Source: Candidatus Rokuibacteriota bacterium
GTDB taxonomy: Bacteria > JAUVQV01 > DATDCY01
Assembly: GCA_031406795.1 (NCBI GenBank)
Contig: JANOHV010000262.1
Coordinates: 723-64,722 of the forward strand
DNA: 64,000 nucleotides
Direction of reading: 5' to 3'
Both the position numbers and the translations under genes were made by a program. Shown one piece after another: positions 53,935 through 62,335 of the stretch. A model generated the notes under the pieces. It worked only from the letters and a program-made list of their open reading frames with translations. It made no database searches and was not told the DNA's origin. How positions within the stretch are numbered: the stretch's first letter is position 1; the number at the start of each line of letters is the position of its first letter.

Positions 53935-54362
53935 GTCCGCGCAGGCTCGTCCGGCGGCTCGCGCACTCGACACTGGCGCGCTTCGTCGCGGTCGGCGTGC
54001 TCAATACCGCGTTCAGCTACCTGCTCTATGCGGCGCTCGTGCTCGCCCGCATCGACTACCGCTGGGCCCTGACGATCTGCAGCGCCGTCACGATCATCTG
54101 GAACTTCAACACGACCGGGAGGCTGGTCTTCGGCAACCGGCGCCAGGCGCTGATCTTCAAGTTCATCGCCGGCTACGGCGCGATCTATCTGGTCAACCTC
54201 GGGCTGCTGATCCTGCTGGCCCGCCTCGGGGTCGGCGAGCTGGCCCGCCAGGCGGTCGCGCTGCCGTTCATCGTCGTCTTCTCCTTCATCCTCAACCGCG
54301 CCTGGGTCTTCCGGGATCACCGCCACCCGACGTTCGGACACCGGCACCCGCCCGTCGGCTGA
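53931..54362 (+). CDS. GtrA family membrane protein (lipid-linked sugar flippase-like)
   Basis: In-frame part of track ORF 52164-54362. GTG 53931 overlaps the upstream TGA. Four TM helices and a GtrA-like pattern (RFVAVGVLNTAFSYLLY..IIWNF). Confidence 0.8.
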   Translation: MSPRRLVRRLAHSTLARFVAVGVLNTAFSYLLYAALVLARIDYRWALTICSAVTIIWNFNTTGRLVFGNRRQALIFKFIAGYGAIYLVNLGLLILLARLGVGELARQAVALPFIVVFSFILNRAWVFRDHRHPTFGHRHPPVG

Positions 54363-54472
54363 TGTAACCGCCGCCCCCCGGAGGCGTACTATCTATTGTG
54401 AAATTGACCCGCGGGATTCCGCGGTGGTATGGTGTTTCCGGGGTAGTCAGGCTGGCACGAAAGGAGCAGAGC

Positions 54473-55996
54473 ATGGCGAAGTCAAAATCTCTTGTCTTTT
54501 TAGGCATGTACCTTGTCGTAGCCGCATTCGTCGCCGGACCGGCCCTGGCTCTGTCGTTCACGGACGTGACCAAGGGGTCCGGCGCCGACGACAAGGGGCG
54601 CGGCAAGGGCGTGGCCTTCGCCGACATCGACGGTGACGGCGATTACGACCTCTACGTCTCGAACAAGGGGGGCGCCAACAAGCTCTACCGGAACGACAGC
54701 ACCCCCGGGGACATCAAGTTCACCGACATCACGGCTGCGGTCGGCGACAACCTCGGCGACGTCGGCTTTTCCATGGGTTCCGCCTTCGCCGACGTCGACA
54801 ACGACGGCCGGCCGGACCTGTTCATTGCCAAGGGCGGTCAGGGCGAAGTCGAGGCCAACCGGCTCCTCCGCAACGTGAGCACCCCCGGACGCATCAAGTT
54901 CGTCGACATCTCCGTCGAGGCCGGCGTCAACACGAAGGACTTCACCTATCAGGGCGCTTTCGCGGACTACGACAACGACGGCCGGCTCGACCTGTTCATG
55001 GCGAACTACGGCGTCGGCGTCAAGAACCGCCTCTTTCACAACGACAGCACGTCCGGCCGCGTCAGGTTCACCGAGGTCAGCGCCAAGGCGGGCGTCGGCG
55101 CACCGGGCTGGTCCTGGGCGGCGACCTGGGCCGACGTCGATGGTGACGGCTTCCAGGATCTCTATGTCGTTCGCGGGCGCTATCCGGCCGGCGAGCCGAA
55201 CCTGATGTACCGCAACAACCACGACGGCACGTTCACCGAGATCGGTCGCGAGACCGGCCTGAACGACCCGAACTGGGGTCTCGGCGCCGCGTGGGCCGAC
55301 GTCGACAACGACGGCGATTTCGATCTCTATCTCTCGAACTACGTCGGCGGCAACAAGCTCTTCCTCAACGAGGGCGGCTGGAAGTTCACGGACGCCACGA
55401 AGACCGCGAAGCTCGACTTCCACGGCTGGGGCAAGGGCCCGACCTTCGCAGACGCCGACCACGACGGCGACCTCGACCTTTACGAGGGGGACTGCAAGAT
55501 CGGCAACCAGCTGTACATCAACGACGGCCGTGGGACGTTCGCGAACGTCATCGAGAAATTCCCCTTCATGAAGAACGAGGGCGTCCGCACGAAGGGCACC
55601 GCGTTCACCGATCTCGACAGCGACGGCGACATGGATCTCTTCGTCGTGCAGTGGAACGTGCCGAACAAGATTTACCGCAACGACCAGAACGACAAGGGCT
55701 TTCTCAAGGTGCGTCTCGCCGGGACGATCAGCAACCGGATGGCGATCGGCAGCCTCGCCCGGGTCTATGACGCCGGGTTCGCCGAGGACCAGAAGCACTT
55801 CCGCGGCGTCCGCGAGCTGCGCACGGCCACCGGTTTCTGCGCCCAGGAGGGCCAGGAGCTGCACTTCGGCGTGCCCGCTGCCGGGACCTACGACGTGGTC
55901 GTGAACTTCCCGAGCGGCGTGAAGGTCATCCAGCGCGGCGTGAAGGCCGGCCAGGTCCTGAGGATCGAGGAGCCGAACGCCATCGCCAGCAAGTAG
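54473..55996 (+). CDS. secreted FG-GAP/VCBS repeat protein with C-terminal ASPIC/UnbV domain (CRTAC1-like)
   Basis: Track ORF 54398-55996; ATG 54473 follows AAGGAG. Repeated FADIDGDGDYDLYV, FADVDNDGRPDLFI, WADVDGDGFQDLYV motifs. Confidence 0.8.
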   Translation: MAKSKSLVFLGMYLVVAAFVAGPALALSFTDVTKGSGADDKGRGKGVAFADIDGDGDYDLYVSNKGGANKLYRNDSTPGDIKFTDITAAVGDNLGDVGFSMGSAFADVDNDGRPDLFIAKGGQGEVEANRLLRNVSTPGRIKFVDISVEAGVNTKDFTYQGAFADYDNDGRLDLFMANYGVGVKNRLFHNDSTSGRVRFTEVSAKAGVGAPGWSWAATWADVDGDGFQDLYVVRGRYPAGEPNLMYRNNHDGTFTEIGRETGLNDPNWGLGAAWADVDNDGDFDLYLSNYVGGNKLFLNEGGWKFTDATKTAKLDFHGWGKGPTFADADHDGDLDLYEGDCKIGNQLYINDGRGTFANVIEKFPFMKNEGVRTKGTAFTDLDSDGDMDLFVVQWNVPNKIYRNDQNDKGFLKVRLAGTISNRMAIGSLARVYDAGFAEDQKHFRGVRELRTATGFCAQEGQELHFGVPAAGTYDVVVNFPSGVKVIQRGVKAGQVLRIEEPNAIASK

Positions 55997-56023
55997 CCGG
56001 TCGGTTCCCCGGCTCGTTCATCC

Positions 56024-56064
56024 GGCTGCCCGCGTGTTCACGAAACGCGGGCAGCTTTCTTTTC
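56024..56064 (+). terminator. rho-independent terminator
   Basis: GGCTGCCCGCG-tgttcacgaaa-CGCGGGCAGC hairpin followed by TTTCTTTTCG, immediately after the 55996 stop. Confidence 0.75.
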
Positions 56065-56086
56065 GCCTTCCGGCAAGGGGGAGTAG

Positions 56087-57166
56087 TTGACGACGCATAT
56101 CCCCGCCAATCCCGCCATCGCAGTTGCCGCGCTCTTTGCCGTCGCTCTCGCCGGCTGCGCCGTGAACCGGCCGCCGGTTGCGAGCACCGTCCCGACCGTT
56201 GGCCTGGTGCAGGTCCGGCTCATGCACCGGGAGCACGCGGTCCCGGGAATCAGGGTGACCGCGGTGCGAAACCTCGGGGTCGCCCTGCTGGAGGAGCGGA
56301 TCGTCGCTGACGCCACCGCGGACGGCCCTGCGCGACTCGGCCTCGCGCCGGGGAGCTGGTATCTCTCGGCGTCGACCGGCGAGCCGGCGCTCTTCGGCTG
56401 GTACGGATCAAATCCCGTCATGGTCCGCGCCGGGGAGACGGTCGAGGTCACTATCCCGGCGGTCCCCGCTCCAGGCGCCATCACGGTGACCTCCGTCTCG
56501 CCGGGAGAGGAAGCGGTCGCGGGAGAGGTCCTTGGCGACACCGGAGCCATCCCCGGAGCCGGGGTGGCATTCTATCTGGACGCGTCGACCCAGTTTCGGG
56601 GGCCGGGTTACATCGAGGCCCGGGCGGACGAGCGCGGTATCTTCGAGACGCGCCTCTCCCCGGGGCGCTACTGGATCTTTGTCCGCCGCCGCTCGAGACC
56701 GCAGGTTTTCGGTCCGCTGGAGGCGGGAGACGACTTCGGCTCCTACCCCGGCAACCCACTCGAGATCCGGGCGGGGGAGCGGGTGGCGATCCGCATCCCG
56801 ACCGTGCGCGTCCTGAAGAAGAGCGGCTGGAGCGCCCCCTCGGCGTTGCGCACCCGCGTCAGCGGCACGATTCGCGACACGGCCGGGCGCCCGCTCCCCG
56901 GGTTCCGCGCCTTTCTCCACGCGAAAACTACGATGCTCGGCAAGCCGGAGTTCGTTTCGGAGCCGAGCGGGGCGGACGGCTCCTACCTGGTCTGGGTCGA
57001 CCGCGAAGGCGTCTATTACCTGGGCGCGCGAGCGGAGATTGGGCGTGCACGCGAGGAGCGCGAGCTGATCGGCCTCTACGCGGGCTCCCCCGACCACGCG
57101 ATCGAGGTGCGGCTGGACGCGGGCGCGCTCCCGGCGATGGACATTGTCGTGGGCGGCGCGCCATGA
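56087..57166 (+). CDS. lipoprotein with three carboxypeptidase-regulatory-like repeats
   Basis: ORF track 359 aa. TTG start after AAGGGGGAG. Lipobox LAGC. Repeats end in SWYLSASTGEP, RYWIFVRRRSRP and VYYLGARAEIGRA. Confidence 0.75.
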   Translation: MTTHIPANPAIAVAALFAVALAGCAVNRPPVASTVPTVGLVQVRLMHREHAVPGIRVTAVRNLGVALLEERIVADATADGPARLGLAPGSWYLSASTGEPALFGWYGSNPVMVRAGETVEVTIPAVPAPGAITVTSVSPGEEAVAGEVLGDTGAIPGAGVAFYLDASTQFRGPGYIEARADERGIFETRLSPGRYWIFVRRRSRPQVFGPLEAGDDFGSYPGNPLEIRAGERVAIRIPTVRVLKKSGWSAPSALRTRVSGTIRDTAGRPLPGFRAFLHAKTTMLGKPEFVSEPSGADGSYLVWVDREGVYYLGARAEIGRAREERELIGLYAGSPDHAIEVRLDAGALPAMDIVVGGAP

Positions 57167-58005
57167 GGTATTTATGGGTGTGCTTTGTCGCGGCCTGCCT
57201 GGCTCCCCTGACGGGGTGTGCTACGAACCAACCGCGTAACGGCTCTGCCCCGGGGGCGATTTGGACTTGGTCGGGCGAGCGCCGGATCGCCAACTACGTC
57301 GAGATCCCCGCCGGCGTCACGCTGCTGATCGCGCCGGGCACTACCCTGCGCTTCGCTTTCATCGACCGCGACGGTGACGGCATCGGAGACGCGGGCCTGC
57401 ACGTGCTCGGTCGCATCGAGGCCGTCGGGACGCCGACCGCACCGATTGTCTTCACCTCGGCGGAGGCCGACCCCCAGCCCGGCGACTGGCAGGGATTGGT
57501 CTTCGACGCATCGAAAGACAATCTCTTCCTGGAGAGCCGTTTCGAGTACGCGCAGCACGCGCTGCACGCGCACTTCTCCTCGGCGCGCCTGGAGCGCTGC
57601 CGGCTCGAACGCAACATCGAGGGAACCCGCCTCGGCAATTCAAGCTTCACGCTCGAGCGCTGCCTCGTGCGCGGCAACATCAGCAAGGGGCTCAATTTCT
57701 TCGGCTGCTCGAACATCATCCGCCGCAACTTGATCACCGGCAACACGGACGGGGTGTTCCTCTTCGAGACCGACACCAACTCGGTCGTCGAGGCCAACAA
57801 CATCGTCGGCAACCTGCGCTTCGACGTGCGTCTCGGCGATTTCTATCGCGGGGGCAAGACCATCGGCGAGAACTGGTTCGGGACCACCGATGTCGCCGCG
57901 ATCCGGGAGCGGGTTTTCGACGGGAAAAACGACCCGGGTCTCGGCCGGCTCGATTTCATCCCCGCGCCGCTGCCCTTCGACACCGGATGGGAGGGCGAAC
58001 CGTGA
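57163..58005 (+). CDS. right-handed parallel beta-helix repeat lipoprotein (NosD-like), paralog of 20357-21208
   Basis: ORF track 280 aa. Lipoprotein signal LTGC. TLRFAFIDRDGDGIGDAGLHV..IVFTSAE is colinear with TVRFAWSDEDGNGIGDGELAV..ITFTSAR in the paralog. Confidence 0.8.
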   Translation: MRYLWVCFVAACLAPLTGCATNQPRNGSAPGAIWTWSGERRIANYVEIPAGVTLLIAPGTTLRFAFIDRDGDGIGDAGLHVLGRIEAVGTPTAPIVFTSAEADPQPGDWQGLVFDASKDNLFLESRFEYAQHALHAHFSSARLERCRLERNIEGTRLGNSSFTLERCLVRGNISKGLNFFGCSNIIRRNLITGNTDGVFLFETDTNSVVEANNIVGNLRFDVRLGDFYRGGKTIGENWFGTTDVAAIRERVFDGKNDPGLGRLDFIPAPLPFDTGWEGEP

Positions 58006-60416
58006 GCACCCCGGCGCTCGCGGGCTGGAACCAGCGACTCGGCGTCGGGCTGCTGATCAGCTCGCTCTGCCTGCTGGCTCTGGAACTGACGCTCTCGCGC
58101 ATCTTCTCGGTGCTGATGTGGTACCACTTCGTCTCGCTCATCGTCTCGCTGGCGCTCTTCGGCATCACGGTCAGCGGGCTGGCGGTCTTTCTCGTCCCTG
58201 AGCGCTTCCCCCGCGAGGCGACGGCCACCTGGATGGGGCGAGCCTCGCTGGCGCTGACCCTCGCGCTGCTCGCGCTCTGGACCTTCTTCCTGCTGCTCGC
58301 CCGCTCGCCGCAGCTGGCCTACCGCATTCTCGCCCCCTTTCACCAACCGCAGTACGAGCCCTTCGGCGCCGACAAGGTCACGCTCCTGGACGGCGGCCAG
58401 ATTCTGCCGCTGGCGGTGCTCTACCTGGTCTCCGCGCTGCCCTTCATTTTCGGCGGGTTCGTCGCGACGCTGGCCCTGACGCGGTATCAGGAACGAGTCG
58501 CGTCGGTGTACGCCTGGGACCTGGTCGGCGCCGGCCTCGGCTGCGTCGCGGCCTTCGCCCTGCTGACCTGGCTCGACCCCTTCGCCACGCTGGCGGCGCT
58601 GGCCGTTTTCGCGGCGCTTGCGGCCTGGGTCTTCTTCCGGGAGAGCGGCGGCCGCGGCGGCGCGCTCGGCGCGCTGGCGCTCGGGGCGCTCTCGCTCGCT
58701 CTCGTCGCGGCGACCGCGAGCGGCGGGATCGTGGAGTTGAAGTTCGTGCGCGGCCGCTATCAGCCGGACCTGCTGCTGACGCGCTGGAACTCCTACTCCC
58801 GGGTCGCGGTCTGGCCGCTGCGCACCGGCCAGGGCGAGGCCTCGTGGGGGATGAGCCGCGGCTACCGCGGACCGATCCCGGAGCAGTACGGTCTGGTGGT
58901 CGACGACACCGGCTACACCACGATCGCGCGCTACCGCCCCGGCGACGACCTGGGCTGGGCCCGCGCGAACCTGCTGTCGCTCCCCTACGCGGTTCGCGAG
59001 GACGCGCGGGCGCTGATCATCGGACCGGGTGGCGGCAAGGACATCCTGATCGCGCTGGCGAGCGGGGCAGCCGCGGTGCGTGCGGTCGAACTCAACCCGC
59101 TGGTCGTGCGCGCCGTCCAGGACGACTTCGGGGACTTTTCCGGCCGCCCGTACACGCTGCCGGGCGTCGAGAAGGTCGTGGACGAGGGGCGCACCTTCCT
59201 CGCGCACGACACCTCGCTCTACGACGTCATCCAGGCCACGGTCGTCTACGGCCGGCTCGCCCCGGCGGCCGGGGCTTTCACGTTCACCGAAGACCACCTC
59301 TACACGACCGAGGCGTTCCAGACCTACCTCGACCGGCTGGCGCCCGGGGGGATGCTGGCCTTCTCGCGCTTCATCTACGAGAAGCGCATCCTGCGGCTGG
59401 TTGCAACGGCGCGGGCGGCGCTCGAGGCGCGCGGTATCGCGGCGGCTCCCGGGTGCATCTTCATCGCGGCCGAGCGCGGCCTGGCCTCGGTGCTCATCAA
59501 GAACGCGCCGTTCACGGCGACGGAGCTTGCGGAGCTGCAGGGCCGCTGTCGCGAGCTGGGCTTCCAGGTGCTCTATGCTCCCGGCGGAGCGGGCGACAGC
59601 GCCATTGCCGACCTGCTGCGCGCGCCGGATCCGGCGGCGTACCTGGCCGCGCTGCCCTTCGACGCCACGCCGGTCGGCGACGACCGGCCGTTCTTCTACT
59701 ACCTGATGCGGCCAGGGGATTTCCTGCGCAGCGGCGCCGCCCGAGCGCCCGATTTCGAGGACCGGGGTCTGCTGCTGATGCGCAATCTGCTCGGCACGGT
59801 GTTTGGCCTGGTCATGCTGTGTATCGCGCTGCCGCTGGCGCGCTACGGTCGCCTGCGAGAGATCCGCTGGGGGCGCGCCTGGGCTGCGGTCGGGTATTTC
59901 GCGGCGATCGGACTGGGGTTCATCGTCGTCGAGATCGGCCTGCTCAAGCGCTTTCTGCTGCTGCTCGGCAAGCCGGCGTACACGCTGGCCGTGACGCTGG
60001 CGATCTTTCTCGCGGCCGGCGCGTTGGGCAGCGCCCGGGCCCGGTTGATGGCGGGAAACGCGCGCCTCGTTCGCCGCAGCTGCGCGCGCCTGACCATCGT
60101 CCTGCTCCTCACGGCCGTTCTGTTGCCGCCGCTGCTCGAGACGCTGCTTGCCGCGCCGCTCTGGGCCCGGCTTGCTGCGACCGTGGCGGTCATGGCGCCG
60201 CTGGGGTACCTCATGGGCCAGCCGTTGCCGGCCGGCCTCTCGCTGCTGCGCCAGCAGCGTCTCGTTCCCTGGGTCTGGAGCATCAACGGGGCGCTCTCGG
60301 TGCTCGGCTCGGTCGGGGCGCTCGTCCTCGCGGTCAACTTCGGCTACACGACGACGATGCTCGTCGGCCCGGCCTGCTACCTCGTCGCCGGCGCCCTCGC
60401 CGAACTGGTCGAATGA
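58002..60416 (+). CDS. spermidine-synthase-like (aminopropyltransferase/methyltransferase fold) domain fused between two polytopic membrane domains
   Basis: In-frame part of track ORF 57987-60416. GTG 58002 overlaps the upstream TGA. About 7 N-terminal and 7 C-terminal TM helices flank ALIIGPGGGKDI..VELNPLVV..GGMLAF (spermine/spermidine synthase-like). Confidence 0.65.
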   Translation: MSTPALAGWNQRLGVGLLISSLCLLALELTLSRIFSVLMWYHFVSLIVSLALFGITVSGLAVFLVPERFPREATATWMGRASLALTLALLALWTFFLLLARSPQLAYRILAPFHQPQYEPFGADKVTLLDGGQILPLAVLYLVSALPFIFGGFVATLALTRYQERVASVYAWDLVGAGLGCVAAFALLTWLDPFATLAALAVFAALAAWVFFRESGGRGGALGALALGALSLALVAATASGGIVELKFVRGRYQPDLLLTRWNSYSRVAVWPLRTGQGEASWGMSRGYRGPIPEQYGLVVDDTGYTTIARYRPGDDLGWARANLLSLPYAVREDARALIIGPGGGKDILIALASGAAAVRAVELNPLVVRAVQDDFGDFSGRPYTLPGVEKVVDEGRTFLAHDTSLYDVIQATVVYGRLAPAAGAFTFTEDHLYTTEAFQTYLDRLAPGGMLAFSRFIYEKRILRLVATARAALEARGIAAAPGCIFIAAERGLASVLIKNAPFTATELAELQGRCRELGFQVLYAPGGAGDSAIADLLRAPDPAAYLAALPFDATPVGDDRPFFYYLMRPGDFLRSGAARAPDFEDRGLLLMRNLLGTVFGLVMLCIALPLARYGRLREIRWGRAWAAVGYFAAIGLGFIVVEIGLLKRFLLLLGKPAYTLAVTLAIFLAAGALGSARARLMAGNARLVRRSCARLTIVLLLTAVLLPPLLETLLAAPLWARLAATVAVMAPLGYLMGQPLPAGLSLLRQQRLVPWVWSINGALSVLGSVGALVLAVNFGYTTTMLVGPACYLVAGALAELVE

Positions 60417-60447
60417 GCCCGGTGATGGAATTCGATTGCGAGAGTCA

Positions 60448-60539
60448 GGCGGAGGGGTGGCGCGGAGGTGTGGTCTCCGTCGGCGGACCGGAGGGAGCAC
60501 GCTGGAGGTCCGCAGCGTCAGGATCCCGGAGCCTGCACG
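60448..60539 (+). repeat. conserved ~93-nt intergenic element, copy B (5' of CarbopepD lipoprotein gene)
   Basis: About 85% identical to 28922-29014. Ends 17 nt before ATG 60557. Confidence 0.6.
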
Positions 60540-60556
60540 AGCCCGGGGGGACAAAG

Positions 60557-61618
60557 ATGAATCGTGCTATCGCGGTGATGGTCTCGATCTTGGTGCTGAC
60601 TGCGTCCGGGTGCGGCGCGCGGCCCGGAAACATCGAGGGGCGCGCTGTGTCGCGCGGGACCGCGGTCGCGGGCGCCACGGTGGAGGTCTATCTCTCCGGC
60701 GGACGCGGCAGGGAGTCCGTTCCCTTTTCCACCGCGTCGACGGCAGCAGACGGTTCGTTCCGGCTGGAGCTTCCCGCCGGGAGTTATTGGGTCTGGGTGA
60801 AAGATCTTGCGAGCACCCAGGGGCCTCGTCGCCTGGCCGAGTACGCTGGCAACCCGGTGAACCTTGCGGCCGGGACGGCACGGCCTCTCGGTGAAATCGA
60901 ACTGCACGCCGTCGGTGCTTCGCGCGAGTCGTCGGCCAGTCCCGGCGCCGGCGTCCGCGGGCGCGTCCTGTACGCCGGCCTCCCCGCCGACGAGACGGCT
61001 GTCATGATCTATGACCCCGCCAGTACCAGGTTGGCCGGCCCCGGTTACGTCGCGCTGGTGCGCACCGATGCGGAAGGTCGCTTTCAGATCGATCTGGCAC
61101 CGGGCCCCTATCGATTCGCTGCTCGCCGGCGTCGCGACGGAGCGACGTCGGGGCACCTGCAGGGAGGTGACCTGAGCGCAACGGCGTCCATGGACCCGAT
61201 CGTCGTCCCCGCGAACGGTTACCTCGACCTTGGCGACCTGCCGCTGCACGAGGTCAACGCCGAGCGGCTGGCTGCGAACGGAGCGCAGAGGCTTCAGGAG
61301 CCGGCGACGACCGTGCTCGAGGGGCGCGTCCTCGATCCCGAGGCCAGGCCGCGCATCGGACAATTCGTGTTCGCCTACCGGGACGAGGGGATGATCGGAA
61401 GGCCCGAGTCGATGGCCCGCACTGGCGTCGACGGCGAGTTCGCACTCTCGCTCCCCGGGGGGGGCAAATACTACCTAGGGGCCCGCAGCCGCCACGGCGG
61501 GCCGCGCCAGCCCGGCGAGTGGGCGGGCAAATTGGCCGGTTCGTCCGACAGCGGTCTGTCCGTGCTCGCCGGCAGACGGGTGAAGGGTTTGACGATCGTC
61601 ATGGAGCAGGTGTGGTAA
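60557..61618 (+). CDS. lipoprotein with three carboxypeptidase-regulatory-like repeats
   Basis: In-frame part of track ORF 58844-61618; ATG 60557. Lipobox TASGCG. Repeats end in SYWVWVKDLAST, PYRFAARRRRDG and KYYLGARSRHGGP. Confidence 0.8.
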   Translation: MNRAIAVMVSILVLTASGCGARPGNIEGRAVSRGTAVAGATVEVYLSGGRGRESVPFSTASTAADGSFRLELPAGSYWVWVKDLASTQGPRRLAEYAGNPVNLAAGTARPLGEIELHAVGASRESSASPGAGVRGRVLYAGLPADETAVMIYDPASTRLAGPGYVALVRTDAEGRFQIDLAPGPYRFAARRRRDGATSGHLQGGDLSATASMDPIVVPANGYLDLGDLPLHEVNAERLAANGAQRLQEPATTVLEGRVLDPEARPRIGQFVFAYRDEGMIGRPESMARTGVDGEFALSLPGGGKYYLGARSRHGGPRQPGEWAGKLAGSSDSGLSVLAGRRVKGLTIVMEQVW

Positions 61619-61688
61619 AGAGCGATTGGGGAGCTTATATTATAAAAGAGCCGGAAAAATCCCGGCGCAGAATTGCTGGAGGGCTTCG

Positions 61689-62312
61689 ATGAAGAGGGTT
61701 CTTCTGACGGTGGTTGCGGCGGGGCTGGTTGCGGCGATGGCGGCGATGAGCTGGCCGGTTGAGGCCTGCGTCGGCAAGACGGTGTTCCTCGGGCGTCTGC
61801 CGGGCCGGGAGCAGGAAATCCTGACGGAGATGTTTTCCTGGATGGTCAGCGAGCGAACCGGGACCACGATCCAGGTCAAGGCGCTGCCGGACAGCCGGGC
61901 GATGCACGCTGCGCTGCAGACCGCCGATGTCGATTTGTACCTCGAGGACCAGAGCCTGGCGTTGCGCGAGTTGCTCGGCCAGCCTGCGAGCGGCACCGTC
62001 ATGGACCAGCGTGAGACGGTCCGCCGGGAATACGAGCAGCGGTTCAACCTCATCTGGCTCGAGCCGTGGGGCATGATCGGGCGGCCCGCACCCGTCGCCG
62101 TGGCGGGACCCGGCGGGCCGGTCGCGCCCGGATTCGTGGCTCCGGTGATCCGTAAAGATACGCTGAAGAAGTTTCCGGCGCTGAGCCGGCTCGTGAACAA
62201 GCTCTCGGGCGTGGTCGACAACGCCACGCTGGCGCGGCTCGTACAGGAGAGCGAGAAGCGGCCGGCACGCGAGGTCGCGAAGCAGTTTCTGAAGGAAAAG
62301 CGGCTGATCTAG
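61689..62312 (+). CDS. periplasmic substrate-binding domain protein (OpuAC/glycine-betaine-binding-like)
   Basis: Track ORF 61626-62312; ATG 61689 follows GGAGGG. Signal peptide. An AT-rich TTATATTATAAAAG box lies 35 nt upstream. Confidence 0.55.
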   Translation: MKRVLLTVVAAGLVAAMAAMSWPVEACVGKTVFLGRLPGREQEILTEMFSWMVSERTGTTIQVKALPDSRAMHAALQTADVDLYLEDQSLALRELLGQPASGTVMDQRETVRREYEQRFNLIWLEPWGMIGRPAPVAVAGPGGPVAPGFVAPVIRKDTLKKFPALSRLVNKLSGVVDNATLARLVQESEKRPAREVAKQFLKEKRLI

Positions 62313-62335
62313 CTGGCTGCGGATTCTGTCACCGC

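Noticed and set aside
57843-60554. 903-aa minus-strand ORF
   Set aside because: Antisense to the spermidine-synthase-like membrane gene. The translation is RR/QQ/GR-rich with no domain-like segments.
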